Numbered from the stretch's first letter, positions 20,614 to 33,594 are shown. The stretch: DNA of 64,000 nucleotides from Endomicrobiales bacterium (GCA_963794945.1 CAWCFT010000001.1:419884-483883), one strand, 5' to 3'. Program-made: numbers and translations. Notes: generated by a model not told the origin, from the sequence alone.

Positions 20614-21057
20614 ATGGAACGGACGTGCTTGATAGTCAAACCAGACGGTGTAGGCAAAAGAGTTATTGGCGAAGTTATAAAACGTTTTGAATCCGAAGGC
20701 TTCAAGCTTGTTGGCCTTAAGATGGCCAGGCCCGCCAGGCAAGTTATGGAAGATTTTTACAGCGTTCACAAGGGTAAACATTTTTTTGAACCCTTTATAA
20801 ATTTTGCTACGTCAGGCCCCATAGTAGTTTGTGCGTGGGAAGGCCCTGACGCTGTAGCCAACACAAGAAAGATAATCGGCGCCACCAATTCCAAAGAGGC
20901 AGCGCCCGGAACGCTTCGCAACCTTTACGGCACAGACAACAGGCGCAACCTTGTGCACTCTTCCGATTCCGTAGAGAACGCAAAAAGAGAAATTAGTTTC
21001 TTTTTCAAAGACAGCGAACTTTTCGATTACGAATGGAACGGATGGGAAGATAAATAA
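20614..21057 (+). CDS. ndk: Nucleoside diphosphate kinase
   Basis: MERT..IVKPDGV, GATN...A.PGTLR, RNLVHSSDS. Confidence 0.95.
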   Translation: MERTCLIVKPDGVGKRVIGEVIKRFESEGFKLVGLKMARPARQVMEDFYSVHKGKHFFEPFINFATSGPIVVCAWEGPDAVANTRKIIGATNSKEAAPGTLRNLYGTDNRRNLVHSSDSVENAKREISFFFKDSELFDYEWNGWEDK

Positions 21058-21142
21058 ATCAAAGATCAAGAATCAAATATAAAATATTTCAACCAAGACA
21101 TTTTATGATTTATATTTGACATTTGATTTTTGATATTTAATA
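21056..21142. repeat. AT-rich heptamer inverted-repeat region
   Basis: AAATCAAAGATCAAGAATCAAA ... TTTGACATTTGATTTTTGATATTT. Confidence 0.6.
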
Positions 21143-21172
21143 TATACGATAGGGCTTTAAAGGGATATCACC

Positions 21173-22377
21173 ATGAAGGTTCTTGTTATCAACAGCGGGT
21201 CGTCATCGATCAAATATACCTTTTACGACATGGACGGAGAAAAAAGGCTGGCAAACGGTTTGATAGAATGCATTGGCCTGCCTGAAGCTTATTTCAAGCA
21301 CCAGATAGCTGGCAGCGAAGAAGTGAAAGAGTCCTGCAAAGCGGCTAACCACCTTGAATCGATAGACATGATACTCAAGAACCTTGTTGGCGGGAAGTCG
21401 CCGGTAATTAAGGACCTTAACGAGATATCAGCGGTAGGCCACAGGGTTGTTCACGGCGGCGACAAGTTTTCGGATTCCGTTCCGGTGAACGATGACGTTA
21501 TGGCGGGCCTCAGGGATTGTTTCGCGATAGCGCCGCTTCACACACCGCACCACTACGCGGGCATCGAGGCTATTTCGAAACTCATTCCCGGCCAGCCGCA
21601 GGTCCTTGTTTTTGACACATCTTTCCACCAGTCGATACCCGAGCACGCTTACATGTACGCTCTTCCCTATTCCATTTACGAAAAATACCATATACGCCGC
21701 TACGGATTTCCACGGCACTTCGCACAAATACGTTTCACTGCGCGCGGCGAAGATGCTTGATAAACCGGTAGAGAACCTTAAGCTTATAACATGCCACCTG
21801 GGCAACGGGTGCAGTATAACGGCAGTGCTGAACGGAAAGTCCATTGACACTTCAATGGGGTTTACTCCGCTTGAAGGTTTGATAATGGGCACAAGGTGCG
21901 GCGACATAGACCCGGCCATAATAGTTCACCTGATGAACAACGAAAGGATAACAGCTGAGGGTATAAATACCCTTTTAAACAAGAAGAGCGGCCTTTTCGG
22001 CATCTCGGGCCTGACCGGAGACATGAGGACAATATTGAAAGCGGTCTCGAGCGGCTCGGACAAGGCGAAACTCGCGCTCGACATGTACTGCTACAGGATA
22101 AAGAAATATATTTGTTCATACTTCGGTGTGCTTAACGGTGCGGACGCTGTTGTTTTCACGGCAGGCGTTGGAGAGAACTCGCCCACAATACGCGAGAAAT
22201 CCTGCCAGGACCTTGACAGCCTCGGGGTTAAGCTGGATGCCGCTTCTAATAATCAGTCCGCATCAGGAGAGAGGGTAATATCATCGTCTCGATTCTAGAG
22301 TGAAAGTGCTCGTTATACCTACCAATGAGGAGCTTATGATAGCACGCGAGACAGTAAGGGTATTGACAAATTCATAA
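21173..22377 (+). CDS. ackA: Acetate kinase; frameshifts near 21709 and 22290
   Basis: [54 protein letters not shown]. Confidence 0.95.
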
Positions 22378-22389
22378 GTAAAAAATATA

Positions 22390-22846
22390 ATGAAAAATCT
22401 TCAAATATCCGTTAGTGACGTAAAAGAACACGGCAGTGTAACTCAAGGGCCAGAAAAGTATCACAGCAAGGACCTTGAAGGCCTGGTTAAAAATCAGGAC
22501 CTTTCGGTAAACTTCACGCTTACAGACCTCGAAGGCGAGATACTGCTCAGAGGGGGCATCGAAGGTTCTATTGTCCACGAATGTTCTAGATGCCTTGAAG
22601 AAACTGTTCTGCCTGTTGATATAAAGATGTGCGAAAGTTTCCCTTCAACACAGGAAATTATAGATGTTGAAGAGGAAATAAAGCAATTATTGATACTTGA
22701 ATTGCCCGAAAAGCCGTTGTGCAAGCCCGAATGCAAAGGCCTATGCGCCGTGTGCGGCGTGAACAAAAATATTTAAGGACTGCAGCTGTGGCGAGCCGGG
22801 CATAACGGATCCGCGCTGGGCCAAGTTGAAACAGATATTAAAATAA
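22390..22846 (+). CDS. DUF177/YceD family protein; frameshift near 22773
   Basis: CSRCL, LC..ECKGLC..CG.N, then C.C....DPRW..LK; upstream of rpmF. Confidence 0.85.
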
Positions 22847-22865
22847 ACGCAGAAAAGGAGATACA

Positions 22866-23093
22866 ATGCCAAATCCAAAAAGAAAACATACCCCGTCAAG
22901 GCGCGACAGCCGCAGGGCGTCTAACTGGACAGTAAAGGCCAGGAATTCTTCTAAGTGCCCGCAATGCGGAGCGGCAAAACTTCCTCACCATATCTGCCCT
23001 TCCTGCGGATTTTACAACGGCGAGCTGATATCGCCCAAGAAAGTTAAAAAGAAAAATACCGAAGGCCAGCAGCCGGCCGGGGAAAATAAATAA
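22866..23093 (+). CDS. rpmF: 50S ribosomal protein L32
   Basis: PNPKRKH...RR..RR, CPQCG...PHHICPSCGFY. Confidence 0.95.
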   Translation: MPNPKRKHTPSRRDSRRASNWTVKARNSSKCPQCGAAKLPHHICPSCGFYNGELISPKKVKKKNTEGQQPAGENK

Positions 23094-24110
23094 ATGCGCA
23101 TAGCTCTTGACGCGATGGGAGGAGACAATGCCCCACGCGTAACCGTTGAAGGCTCTATTCTTGCCGCCAAGGCGTCAAAAGACGAGATAATCCTCGTCGG
23201 GCCTGAAGCTGTCCTTAAAGCGGAGCTCGCCAAATACGACACAAGAAAGCTGCCTATCAGCATTTACAACGCTGAAGAGGTAATAGGCATGGACGAGTCT
23301 CCGGCGCAGGCCGTGAGGCAGAAGAAAAATTCGTCGATGTTCGTCGCCGCGAGGCTCGCTTCGGAAGGAAAGGCCGATGCCTTTGTTTCCGCGGGTAACT
23401 CCGGGGCCGCCATGGCTTCGGCGCTCCTTAACATGAAGAGGCTTCCGGGAGTAGCCAGGCCGCCGATACTTACGGTATTTCCAACTGTTAAAGGCGTACT
23501 GCGCGATGCTTGACATGGGAGCCAACGTAGACTGCAAACCAAAACACCTGCTCCAGTTCGCGATAATGGCATCGGTGTATATGAAGAAGGTTTTAGCGAT
23601 AGAGAGCCCCAGGGTTGGGCATTCTTTCCATAGGGGAAGAAGAAACAAAGGGAAATGAGCTTTCTCTTGCCGCTTTCGCTCTTCTTAAAACAGCGGGCTT
23701 AATTTCATCGGTAATTGTCGAAGGCAACGATATACCCCAGAGGCAAGGTGGACATAGTGGTCTGTGACGGCTTCGTTGGGAAACATAATACTAAAATTCG
23801 GCGAAGGCGTGGCCGAGATGATGCTGAAATTAGTCAAACAGGAATTCAAGGAATATCCTATAGCGTGGGCGTCGATTCCGTTTCTTTGGGCCGCGCTTAA
23901 AAGACCTTAGAAAAAAGTTGATTATTCCGAACAGGGCGGGGCGCCGCTTCTCGGCGTAAACGGTGTATGCATGATAGCCCACGGGAGATCGGACTCGAAA
24001 GCCATAAAGAACGCGATCCTCGCAGGGCAGCCAGGTTCGCCGAAAAGAATATTAACGCAGATATCACCCGCGAGCTTGCGGCTAGAGGCATAGACAAGGC
24101 AGAAGACTAA
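23094..24110 (+). CDS. plsX: Phosphate acyltransferase; several frameshifts
   Basis: [45 protein letters not shown] fragments in different frames. Confidence 0.9.
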
Positions 24111-24113
24111 ACA

Positions 24114-25112
24114 ATGAACAACAACAGATACGGAGTAAAAATAGCCGGGACGGGCTCTTATGTCCCTGAAAAGATATTGACAAACCTTGACCTTGAGAAA
24201 CTTGTCCAGACTTCGGACGAGTGGATAACATCCCGCACAGGGATGAAGGAAAGGCATATAGCGGATGATAAAACGGCGACATCGGACCTCGCTATCGAAG
24301 CCTCTAAAAAGGCCCTCGATGACGCCAAACTCAAGCCCGAAGACATAGACTGTATTATCGTCGCCACCGTAACGCCTGACATGTTCTTTCCTTCGACAGC
24401 CTGTTTTGTGCAGAGAGCTCTGAATGTGCCCAACGCCGCGGCCTACGATATCATGGCCGCCTGCAGCGGTTTCGTCTACGGCCTGTCCATCGTCAAAGGC
24501 TATATTGAAAGCGGGATCTATAAAAATGTGCTTTTGATCGGGGCCGAAACTCTTTCCAAGATAACCGATTGGCAGGACAGGAATACATGCGTGCTGTTCG
24601 GGGACGGCGCCGGAGCTATGATCTTAAGCCGAAATGACAACCCTGAGGAAACAGGTTTGTTATCCATAACTCTCGGGTCAAACGGCAATTATGAAAAACT
24701 TTTGTACCTTGCCGGAGGGGGCTCAAGGAACCCAACGACAAGCAAGACCATTGAAGATAAACTTCATTTCATAAAAATGGAAGGCAAGGAGACATTTAAG
24801 GTAGCGGTCACAAAGATGGCTGATGCCGCGCAAAAGGCTCTTGAGTTGGCCGGCAAAAAATGCGAAGACATGAAACTTATAATACCTCATCAGGCGAACA
24901 AAAGGATAATAGACGCAATAGCCAAACGCATGAGTATCGCTGATGAAAAAGTTTACATCAATATACACAAATACGGCAATATGTCGGCCGCTACCACGAT
25001 AGTAGCGCTGGATGAGGCCAGGCGGACCGGAATAGTCAAACAAGGAGACATGGTGGAACTGGTCGCTTTCGGCGGCGGTTTCACATGGGGCGCGGCGGTA
25101 ATAAGGCTATAA
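24114..25112 (+). CDS. fabH: 3-oxoacyl-ACP synthase III
   Basis: AACSGF, DRNTCVLFGDGAGA, PHQAN, YGNMSAA, FGGGFTWG. Confidence 0.96.
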   Translation: MNNNRYGVKIAGTGSYVPEKILTNLDLEKLVQTSDEWITSRTGMKERHIADDKTATSDLAIEASKKALDDAKLKPEDIDCIIVATVTPDMFFPSTACFVQRALNVPNAAAYDIMAACSGFVYGLSIVKGYIESGIYKNVLLIGAETLSKITDWQDRNTCVLFGDGAGAMILSRNDNPEETGLLSITLGSNGNYEKLLYLAGGGSRNPTTSKTIEDKLHFIKMEGKETFKVAVTKMADAAQKALELAGKKCEDMKLIIPHQANKRIIDAIAKRMSIADEKVYINIHKYGNMSAATTIVALDEARRTGIVKQGDMVELVAFGGGFTWGAAVIRL

Positions 25113-25118
25113 CGTCTA

Positions 25119-25180
25119 ATTCAAGATTTAAGATTTTAAGATTAAAGATTGCTGGCATAATTTGAAATTTTCAATTTTTG
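25119..25180. repeat. Heptamer tandem repeats between fabH and fabD
   Basis: (t)AAGATT units x4 followed by AATTT-type units. Confidence 0.5.
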
Positions 25181-25200
25181 TTTTTTAATAGGAATCTATA

Positions 25201-26932
<1,732 letters not shown>

Positions 26933-26981
26933 TTCCGGATTTACGTATACTTATATATATATGTGGTCAAAACCAGCGAAA

Positions 26982-27007
26982 TTGTTGCGGGAACAAAACC
27001 GCAACAA
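26982..27007 (+). other. Perfect 9-bp stem-loop upstream of the acpP RBS
   Basis: TTGTTGCGG-8nt-CCGCAACAA. Confidence 0.55.
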
Positions 27008-27028
27008 ACATGAAACAGGAGGAATCAA

Positions 27029-27277
27029 ATGGCAGATGCAGAGTCAAGAGTGAAGGAAATTATCGTTGAGCAGTTAGGTGTGGACCCGTCAGAAGTGTCG
27101 CTGCAGGCGTCGTTCGTGAATGATCTTGGCGCGGATTCGCTTGACACAGTCGAGCTTGTTATGGCGTTTGAAGAAGAATTCGGCCTGGAAATACCGGATG
27201 AAGAAGCCGAAAAGATCCAGACTGTCGGACAGGCTATAGATTATATCAAAGCCACCAGCCTAAATAGCCTTAAATAA
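27029..27277 (+). CDS. acpP: Acyl carrier protein
   Basis: [20 protein letters not shown]. Confidence 0.97.
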   Translation: MADAESRVKEIIVEQLGVDPSEVSLQASFVNDLGADSLDTVELVMAFEEEFGLEIPDEEAEKIQTVGQAIDYIKATSLNSLK

Positions 27278-27296
27278 GACGAGCGATAAATAACCC

Positions 27297-28537
27297 ATGA
27301 AAAAACGAATTGTTATTACCGGTATAGGAGTGATAACCCCTATTGGCACGGGAAAGAAGCGTTCACTCAGGCTTTGCGCGAGGGCAAATCCGGCGCGAAC
27401 CGCATTACGACATTCGATGTAAGCGCTTTTTCCACTCAGATAGCCGCCCATGTCAAGGACTTTAACGTCGAAGACCACCTCGACAAGAAGAAAGCCAGGC
27501 GTATGGCGCAGTTCAGCCAGTACGGCCTTGTGGCCGCCAAGATGGCGGTTGCCGATTCCGGGCTTGATCCCTCGAAAGAAGACCTTTCCAGGATCGGAGT
27601 TATAACCGGAACAGGCATAGGCGGGCTCGATGTCATTGAGCACGAAGAAAAGAACCTTGTCGAAAAGGGCCCGAGACGCGTGAGCCCTTTTCTGATACCG
27701 ATGATAATAACGAACATTCTCCCGGGCGAGATCGCCATAGAGTACGGTTTTACCGGGCCCAACTACGCTGTAACCAGCGCCTGCGCGTCGGGCAACCACG
27801 CGATCGGCGACGCGATGAGGATGCTAACTTATGGCGATGCCGATGTTATCGTTAGCGGCGGAGCCGAGGCTGCCATAACACCTCTCGGCCTCGCTGGCTT
27901 TTGCAGCATCAAAGCGCTTTCCCAGAGGAACGACGCTCCTGAAAAGGCCTCGCGCCCGTTCGACAAGAACCGCGACGGTTTCCTCATGGGAGAAGGCGCC
28001 GGTATACTTGTTCTGGAAACGCTTGAGCACGCACAGAAAAGGGGTGCCAAGATATACGCGGAACTCATAGGCTACGGCGCCTCCGATGACGCTTATCACA
28101 TAACCGCGCCGCACCCTGAAGGTGAAACGGGAGCGCAGGCTATGAAAGCGGCTATCAAAGACGCGGGCATTACAATAAACGATATAGACTATATCAACGC
28201 GCACGGCACTTCCACTGAATTCAATGACAAGACCGAGACAATAATAATTAAAAAGGTTTTCGGCGACAGAGCCAAGAACGTACCTATATCATCGACAAAA
28301 TCGATGACAGGGCATATGCTTGGGGCCGCCGGAGCCGTAGAACTTATTGCTACTGTTCTCAGCATGCAGAACGGATTTATCCATCCTACGATAAACTACG
28401 AAACGCCCGACCCTGAATGCGATCTTGACTACGTGCCGAACGTCGCGCGCGAAGCCCAGATCAACTGCGCCCTTTCAAACTCGCTCGGGTTCGGCGGGCA
28501 TAACGCTGTTCTGATAGTGAAACGATATGCCAGCTGA
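27297..28537 (+). CDS. fabF: 3-oxoacyl-ACP synthase II; frameshift near 27352
   Basis: KRIVITGIGVITPIG, SACASG, YINAHGTST, KSMTGH.LGAAG, GFGGHN. Confidence 0.95.
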
Positions 28538-29201
28538 CATAGACAAAGCACAGAAAATAACCGGACACAAATTTAAAGACCAGAACCTTCTTTTAAAGGC
28601 TCTGACCCATAAATCGTACGCCGCCGAGACAGGGACCGATGAATACAACGAGCGCATGGAGTTTTTGGGCGACAGTATCCTGTCTGCAGTCGTGGCGGAC
28701 TTTCTGTACAACAAATACCCGGATGACGATGAAGGCAGGTTGTCCCAGATAAAATCCCAGATAGTCTCCAGGCAAACGCTGGCCAAGTGGGCTAAAAAAA
28801 TAAAACTTGGAGATTATCTATATATAGGCAAGGGGGAGGAACTCAACGCCGCAAGAGTCCGCGAAAATCTCCTCGCCGACACTTTCGAAGCAGTGATAGC
28901 CGCGATCTACCTTGATTCGGGTTTTGAAGCGGCAGAGAAATTCATATTCGGTTTTCTATCCCTGCAGAAACGGGTCGTGATAAACGATTCCAAAAGCAAA
29001 CTTCAGGAACTTATACAATCAAGATATCAGACACTACCAGAATATAAGGTATTGAGCGAGTCGGGCCCTGACCATGACAAAGTATTTGAGATAGCCGTTT
29101 ACCACAAGAAGAAACAGCTTGGTACCGGCAGCGGCCGGTGTAAAAAAGACGCCGAGCAGGCAGCGGCCAAAAAGGCATTAAAGGCTATTTCACAGAAATA
29201 A
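28527..29201 (+). CDS. rnc: Ribonuclease III
   Basis: ALTHKSY, NERMEFLGDS, ADTFEA, C-terminal dsRBD. Confidence 0.96.
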   Translation: MPADIDKAQKITGHKFKDQNLLLKALTHKSYAAETGTDEYNERMEFLGDSILSAVVADFLYNKYPDDDEGRLSQIKSQIVSRQTLAKWAKKIKLGDYLYIGKGEELNAARVRENLLADTFEAVIAAIYLDSGFEAAEKFIFGFLSLQKRVVINDSKSKLQELIQSRYQTLPEYKVLSESGPDHDKVFEIAVYHKKKQLGTGSGRCKKDAEQAAAKKALKAISQK

Positions 29202-29235
29202 AGAACACGAAGCATATATTCCGGAGGACAACTAA

Positions 29236-30396
29236 ATGGATTATTTCTTGACAGATGAACAGCAGATGATGGTCGATCTCTCAAAAAAGATCGCCCAAGA
29301 AAAAATGAAACCCGTCCGCGAACATTACGATGAAACGGGCGATTTTCCTTGGCCCATAGTCCATGAGCTTGCCAAAGCTGACCTTTGCGGAGTTTATATC
29401 CCGCAGGAGTTCGGCGGTTTTGGAAGCGGTGTGTTCGGCCTGGTCCTTGTGGTTGAAGAACTTTGCAAGGTTGACGGCGGCGTGGCCCTAGCCCTTGCGG
29501 CTACAGCGCTTGGAACGTTCCCGATCCTTCTGGGAGCAAGCGACGAACAAAAGAAAAAATATCTCCCGGACATAGCTTCAGGAAAGAAGCTGGCAGCGTT
29601 CGGGCTGACTGAACCTGAGGCAGGTTCTGACGCTACGGCGATGCGTACGACAGCCAAAAAAGACGGGGACCATTATATATTGAACGGCACGAAGTGCTTC
29701 ATAACGAACGCAGGCGAAGCGGAAACCTACACTGTATTCGCTAACACTAACCCGGCAAGAGGCGCAAGAGGCATTTCCTGCTTCATCGTAGAAAAAGGCA
29801 CACCGGGCTTTGATTTCGGTAAAAAAGAGAACAAGATGGGTATCCGTGCCAGCATAACAAAGGAACTCATTTTCAATAACTGCAGAATTCCTAAAGAGAA
29901 CCTTGTAGGCAAAGAAGGCCACGGACTTATTATAGCCCAGGCTACACTCGATGCTTCAAGGCCCGGAGTCGCAGCACAGGCCCTTGGTATAGCGGCCGGC
30001 GCACTTGACGAAGCCATAACTTACTCAAGGACAAGGATACAACAGGGTAAGCCGATATGCTCTTTCCAGGGCATACAGCACATGCTGGCTGATATGGCAA
30101 CTGAAGTCGAAGCAGCAAGATGCCTCGTATATCAGACGGCCAGGATGATGGACGCTAACCCAGGCAAACGTACCACAAAGGAATCAGCAATGGCTAAACT
30201 CTATGCTTCAGAAGTGGCTATGAAGGTCACCACGAACGCCGTGCAGGTGTTCGGCGGTTACGGATACATGAAAGAGTACCCGGTTGAAAAAATGATGCGC
30301 GATGCAAAGATAACGACTTTGTATGAAGGCACTAGCCAGATACAACGCAACGAGATCGCGCTCGCGCTCATTAAAGAATCTGCTTCCAAGAAGTGA
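29236..30396 (+). CDS. Acyl-CoA dehydrogenase (butyryl-CoA dehydrogenase-like)
   Basis: AFGLTEPEAGSDA, NGTKCFITN, KMGIRAS, GGYGY.KEYPVE, YEGTSQIQ. Confidence 0.93.
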   Translation: MDYFLTDEQQMMVDLSKKIAQEKMKPVREHYDETGDFPWPIVHELAKADLCGVYIPQEFGGFGSGVFGLVLVVEELCKVDGGVALALAATALGTFPILLGASDEQKKKYLPDIASGKKLAAFGLTEPEAGSDATAMRTTAKKDGDHYILNGTKCFITNAGEAETYTVFANTNPARGARGISCFIVEKGTPGFDFGKKENKMGIRASITKELIFNNCRIPKENLVGKEGHGLIIAQATLDASRPGVAAQALGIAAGALDEAITYSRTRIQQGKPICSFQGIQHMLADMATEVEAARCLVYQTARMMDANPGKRTTKESAMAKLYASEVAMKVTTNAVQVFGGYGYMKEYPVEKMMRDAKITTLYEGTSQIQRNEIALALIKESASKK

Positions 30397-30403
30397 GGTT
30401 ATA

Positions 30404-31189
30404 ATGCACTTTATTGTTTGTATCAAACAAGTACCCAATACAACGAATGTCCAGATCGACCAGAAGACAGGAACGCTTAAGAGAGAAGGTGTTGAATCGA
30501 TAATCAACCCCTTCGACGAGTACGCTATCGAAGAGGCTATACGGCTTAAGGAACGCTTCGGAGGCAAAACCACCGTAGTTACGATGGGCCCTCCGCAAGC
30601 TGAAGTTGCTTTAAGGGAAGCCATCGGACGCGGGATTGATTCCGCGATCCTTGTATCCGACAGAGCCTTCGCGGGCGCAGATACCTGGGCAACTGCATAC
30701 ACTCTTGCCAGCACAATAAGGGCGCTGGGAGATTATGACCTTATCATCTGCGGCAAACAGGCTACGGACGGTGATACGGCGCAGGTAGGGCCCGGTATCG
30801 CTGAAATGCTTGACATTCCGCACGTAGCTTATGTAAAGAAGATAGAAGACATGAACCAGGAATACGTAAAGGTTGAAAGAATGATGGAAGACGGATATGA
30901 CCTCATCGAGATGCCGCTTCCTTCACTAATATCTGTTGTTAAGGAGATCAATACCCCGCGCCTTCCGTCACTGAGAGGTATGATGAACGCTAAAAAAGCG
31001 GTCGTTCAGAAATGGACCGCAAAAGAGATAAACGCTGAACCGAACAACATCGGCCTCACTGGTTCGCCTACTCAGGTCATGAAGATATTCAGCCCTCCGG
31101 CAAGACAAGGCGGGGTAAAACTCGAAGGTTCGCCGGAAGACATAGCCGCAAAGCTTATTGAAAAATTGAAGACAACACAACTTATATAA
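30404..31189 (+). CDS. etfB: Electron transfer flavoprotein subunit beta
   Basis: VCIKQVP, NPFD..A.EEA, GADTWAT, GKQATDGDTAQVGP, PRLPS. Confidence 0.95.
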   Translation: MHFIVCIKQVPNTTNVQIDQKTGTLKREGVESIINPFDEYAIEEAIRLKERFGGKTTVVTMGPPQAEVALREAIGRGIDSAILVSDRAFAGADTWATAYTLASTIRALGDYDLIICGKQATDGDTAQVGPGIAEMLDIPHVAYVKKIEDMNQEYVKVERMMEDGYDLIEMPLPSLISVVKEINTPRLPSLRGMMNAKKAVVQKWTAKEINAEPNNIGLTGSPTQVMKIFSPPARQGGVKLEGSPEDIAAKLIEKLKTTQLI

Positions 31190-31217
31190 ATTTACTAAAA
31201 GGGAGACCCGAAATAAA

Positions 31218-32469
31218 ATGCCTAATCAAATAAATATCGATTGCGATAAATGTATAGGATGCGCTCTTTGCGTCAGCGCCTGTCCATTTGGCGCGATCGC
31301 ACTTATTGAAAGGCCGGGCCACCCGAAGAAGCTGAAACTTGCGGTCATAGACCCGCATAAATGTACTTTCTGCGGCGCTTGCGTGGAAGCTTGCAAGAAA
31401 TTCTCCGCGGTAGTGATGATAAAAGAAGAACCTATAAAACTTGATATCGATATATCTCATTATCATGGCATATGGGTATACGCCGAACAGCGTCACGGCG
31501 AAATTTCACCGGTAGTATTCGAACTCTTGAACGAAGCGGGAACGCTTGCGAAAAAGCTTAATGTTCCTTTAAGCGCCGTCCTTATCGGAGACAAGATCGA
31601 AGCGAAGGCGCAGGAACTTATCCAGCACGGCGCTGATAAGGTCTATCTTTTTGATGACCCGATTTTTGTTGAGTTCCAGGATGACCCGTACAGCGATATC
31701 CTTTCACACCTTATTGAGAAAGAAAAACCCGAAATAGTCCTTATGGGAGCGACGAACATCGGCAGGTCTTTCGCATCTAGGGTGGCCGCAAGGATAAGAA
31801 CTGGCCTTACCGCAGATTGCACGGCTTTAGATGTTGACCCTTCAACACGTAACCTTATGCAGAACGCGCCCCGCCTTCGGCGGCAATATCATGGCGACCA
31901 TCCTTACTCCCCGCCACAGGCCTCAGATGGCAACTGTAAGGCACAAGGTTTTTAAACCCTCTGCTAAAGATGCGGCAAGAAAGGGAGAAGTGATTAAAGG
32001 AAAAGTTGACAGCGCCAAGATAATAAATCGTTCGAAATTCCTTCAATTCATAAAGGACACGACAGCTAAGGTGAACCTTGCCGACGCAGATATAATCTGC
32101 TCAGGCGGCAGGGGTTTAGGAAAACCAGAAGGCTTTAAGCTTATAGAAGACCTAGCAGAAGCGCTCGGCGGAGCCGTTGGTTCGTCAAGAGCTGCTGTAG
32201 ACTCAGGGTGGATACCGTATTCTCACCAGGTGGGCCAAACAGGACGTACCGTCAGCCCAAAAATATATTTCGCCTGCGGGATATCTGGACAGATACAGCA
32301 CCAGGTAGGCATGAGCTCTTCAGATATAATAGTAGCGATAAACAAAGATCCTCATTGTCCTATGATGCAGATGGCTACTTATGCAATCGAAGGGGATCTC
32401 TACGATATAATACCTTGGATAATTAAAGAAGTTAAAAAGACCCAATTCATAAAGATCGTTTGTTTTTGA
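31218..32469 (+). CDS. etfA: Electron transfer flavoprotein subunit alpha with N-terminal 2x[4Fe-4S] domain; frameshift near 31863
   Basis: CIGCALCVSACP / CTFCGACVEAC, TGLTADCT, (Q)TRPAFGGN, QVGQTG, CGISGQIQH. Confidence 0.93.
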
Positions 32470-32490
32470 CAATTGATCTAATTGCTTGAG

Positions 32491-32519
32491 TTGACATAGC
32501 AAATAATTTGATATAGAAT
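32491..32519 (+). promoter_or_regulatory. Near-consensus sigma70 promoter for the hydrogenase operon
   Basis: TTGACA-17nt-TAGAAT. Confidence 0.75.
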
Positions 32520-32589
32520 ATAATCGCAATAGGAGTTAAAAGATGTAATTTTATTTTTTTAAGACCTATTTGTGAATTCTTTCACGCAT

Positions 32590-33594
32590 ATGACACATTT
32601 TTATATAACACATAACAATTTTATTAACTTTATTCAGGCCTTTACTAAACAATATAGGGTCTACGGGCTCATAGCGGAAGCTGAAGACCTCTTTTGGCAA
32701 AGGCTCAATAACGAAAACACTCCAAAAATCACAGTAAACCGCTACAGAGCGTTACAGCCTATAAAATCGTTTTTCTTTCCGGTTAAAGAAGAAGTAACCG
32801 GAGAGCCATCCACTTTAAAAACTATGTTGGTCGGGGTTAAAGCGTGCGATATAAATCATATAAAGACCACCGATGCCATTTTTATCGGAGGAGCAACGCA
32901 GGACCCATATTACACAAAAAAAAGAGATGACACGATAATTATATCCGCAAACTGTGATAGTTACAAACCATGCTGTTTTTGTACATTAATGAATGAAACA
33001 CCGTATGCGTCAAAAGGATTTGACCTAAATTTAAGCCCAACTAGGCACGGATATCTTGTAGAGACCGGTACACAGAGGGGGCAATCGCTTGTTTCAACGC
33101 ATAAGCATCTTTTTCAGGATCCTCAATCAGTATTGCTGCAGGAAAGGAACATTCTTAGAACAAGGATAACCGAAGCAGTCAAGGACAGCAATAAAGATTT
33201 CACATGGACAAACCCAAAAGAAGTTGTCACAGCTGGATATAACTCCGAAAAATGGGAATCCGATATTGCCAGCACCTGCGTTGAATGCGATGCCTGCCGC
33301 TTTACCTGCGGTACCTGTTACTGTTTTCTTTTAGCGGAAACCAGTAAGCTCTGGGGCAGGATCCGTACTTGGGATTCCTGCCAATCTACAGGGTATTTTA
33401 GAGTAGCCGGCGGAGGTAATCCTAAGAAGACCAGGGGCAAGCGCCTGAGGAATTTCTACGCATGTAAACTCGCTTACCGGCCCGAAAACTTCGGATTTTA
33501 TGCCTGCACGGGCTGTGGCCGGTGCATAGATGTTTGCCAAGGAAAGATCGATATACGCAAGAGCCTGCAAAAACTCACTGATGGTACAAAATAA
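32590..33594 (+). CDS. AsrA / sulfhydrogenase beta-like Fe-S protein (alternative start GTG 32572)
   Basis: GVKACD, C......CFC, CVECDACRFTCGTCYCF, R.WDSC, CTGCGRCIDVC. Confidence 0.85.
   Translation: MTHFYITHNNFINFIQAFTKQYRVYGLIAEAEDLFWQRLNNENTPKITVNRYRALQPIKSFFFPVKEEVTGEPSTLKTMLVGVKACDINHIKTTDAIFIGGATQDPYYTKKRDDTIIISANCDSYKPCCFCTLMNETPYASKGFDLNLSPTRHGYLVETGTQRGQSLVSTHKHLFQDPQSVLLQERNILRTRITEAVKDSNKDFTWTNPKEVVTAGYNSEKWESDIASTCVECDACRFTCGTCYCFLLAETSKLWGRIRTWDSCQSTGYFRVAGGGNPKKTRGKRLRNFYACKLAYRPENFGFYACTGCGRCIDVCQGKIDIRKSLQKLTDGTK

Noticed and set aside
31855..31870. Programmed ribosomal frameshifting in etfA and other split genes
   Set aside because: No slippery heptamer or stimulatory structure seen, and the affected genes are functionally unrelated
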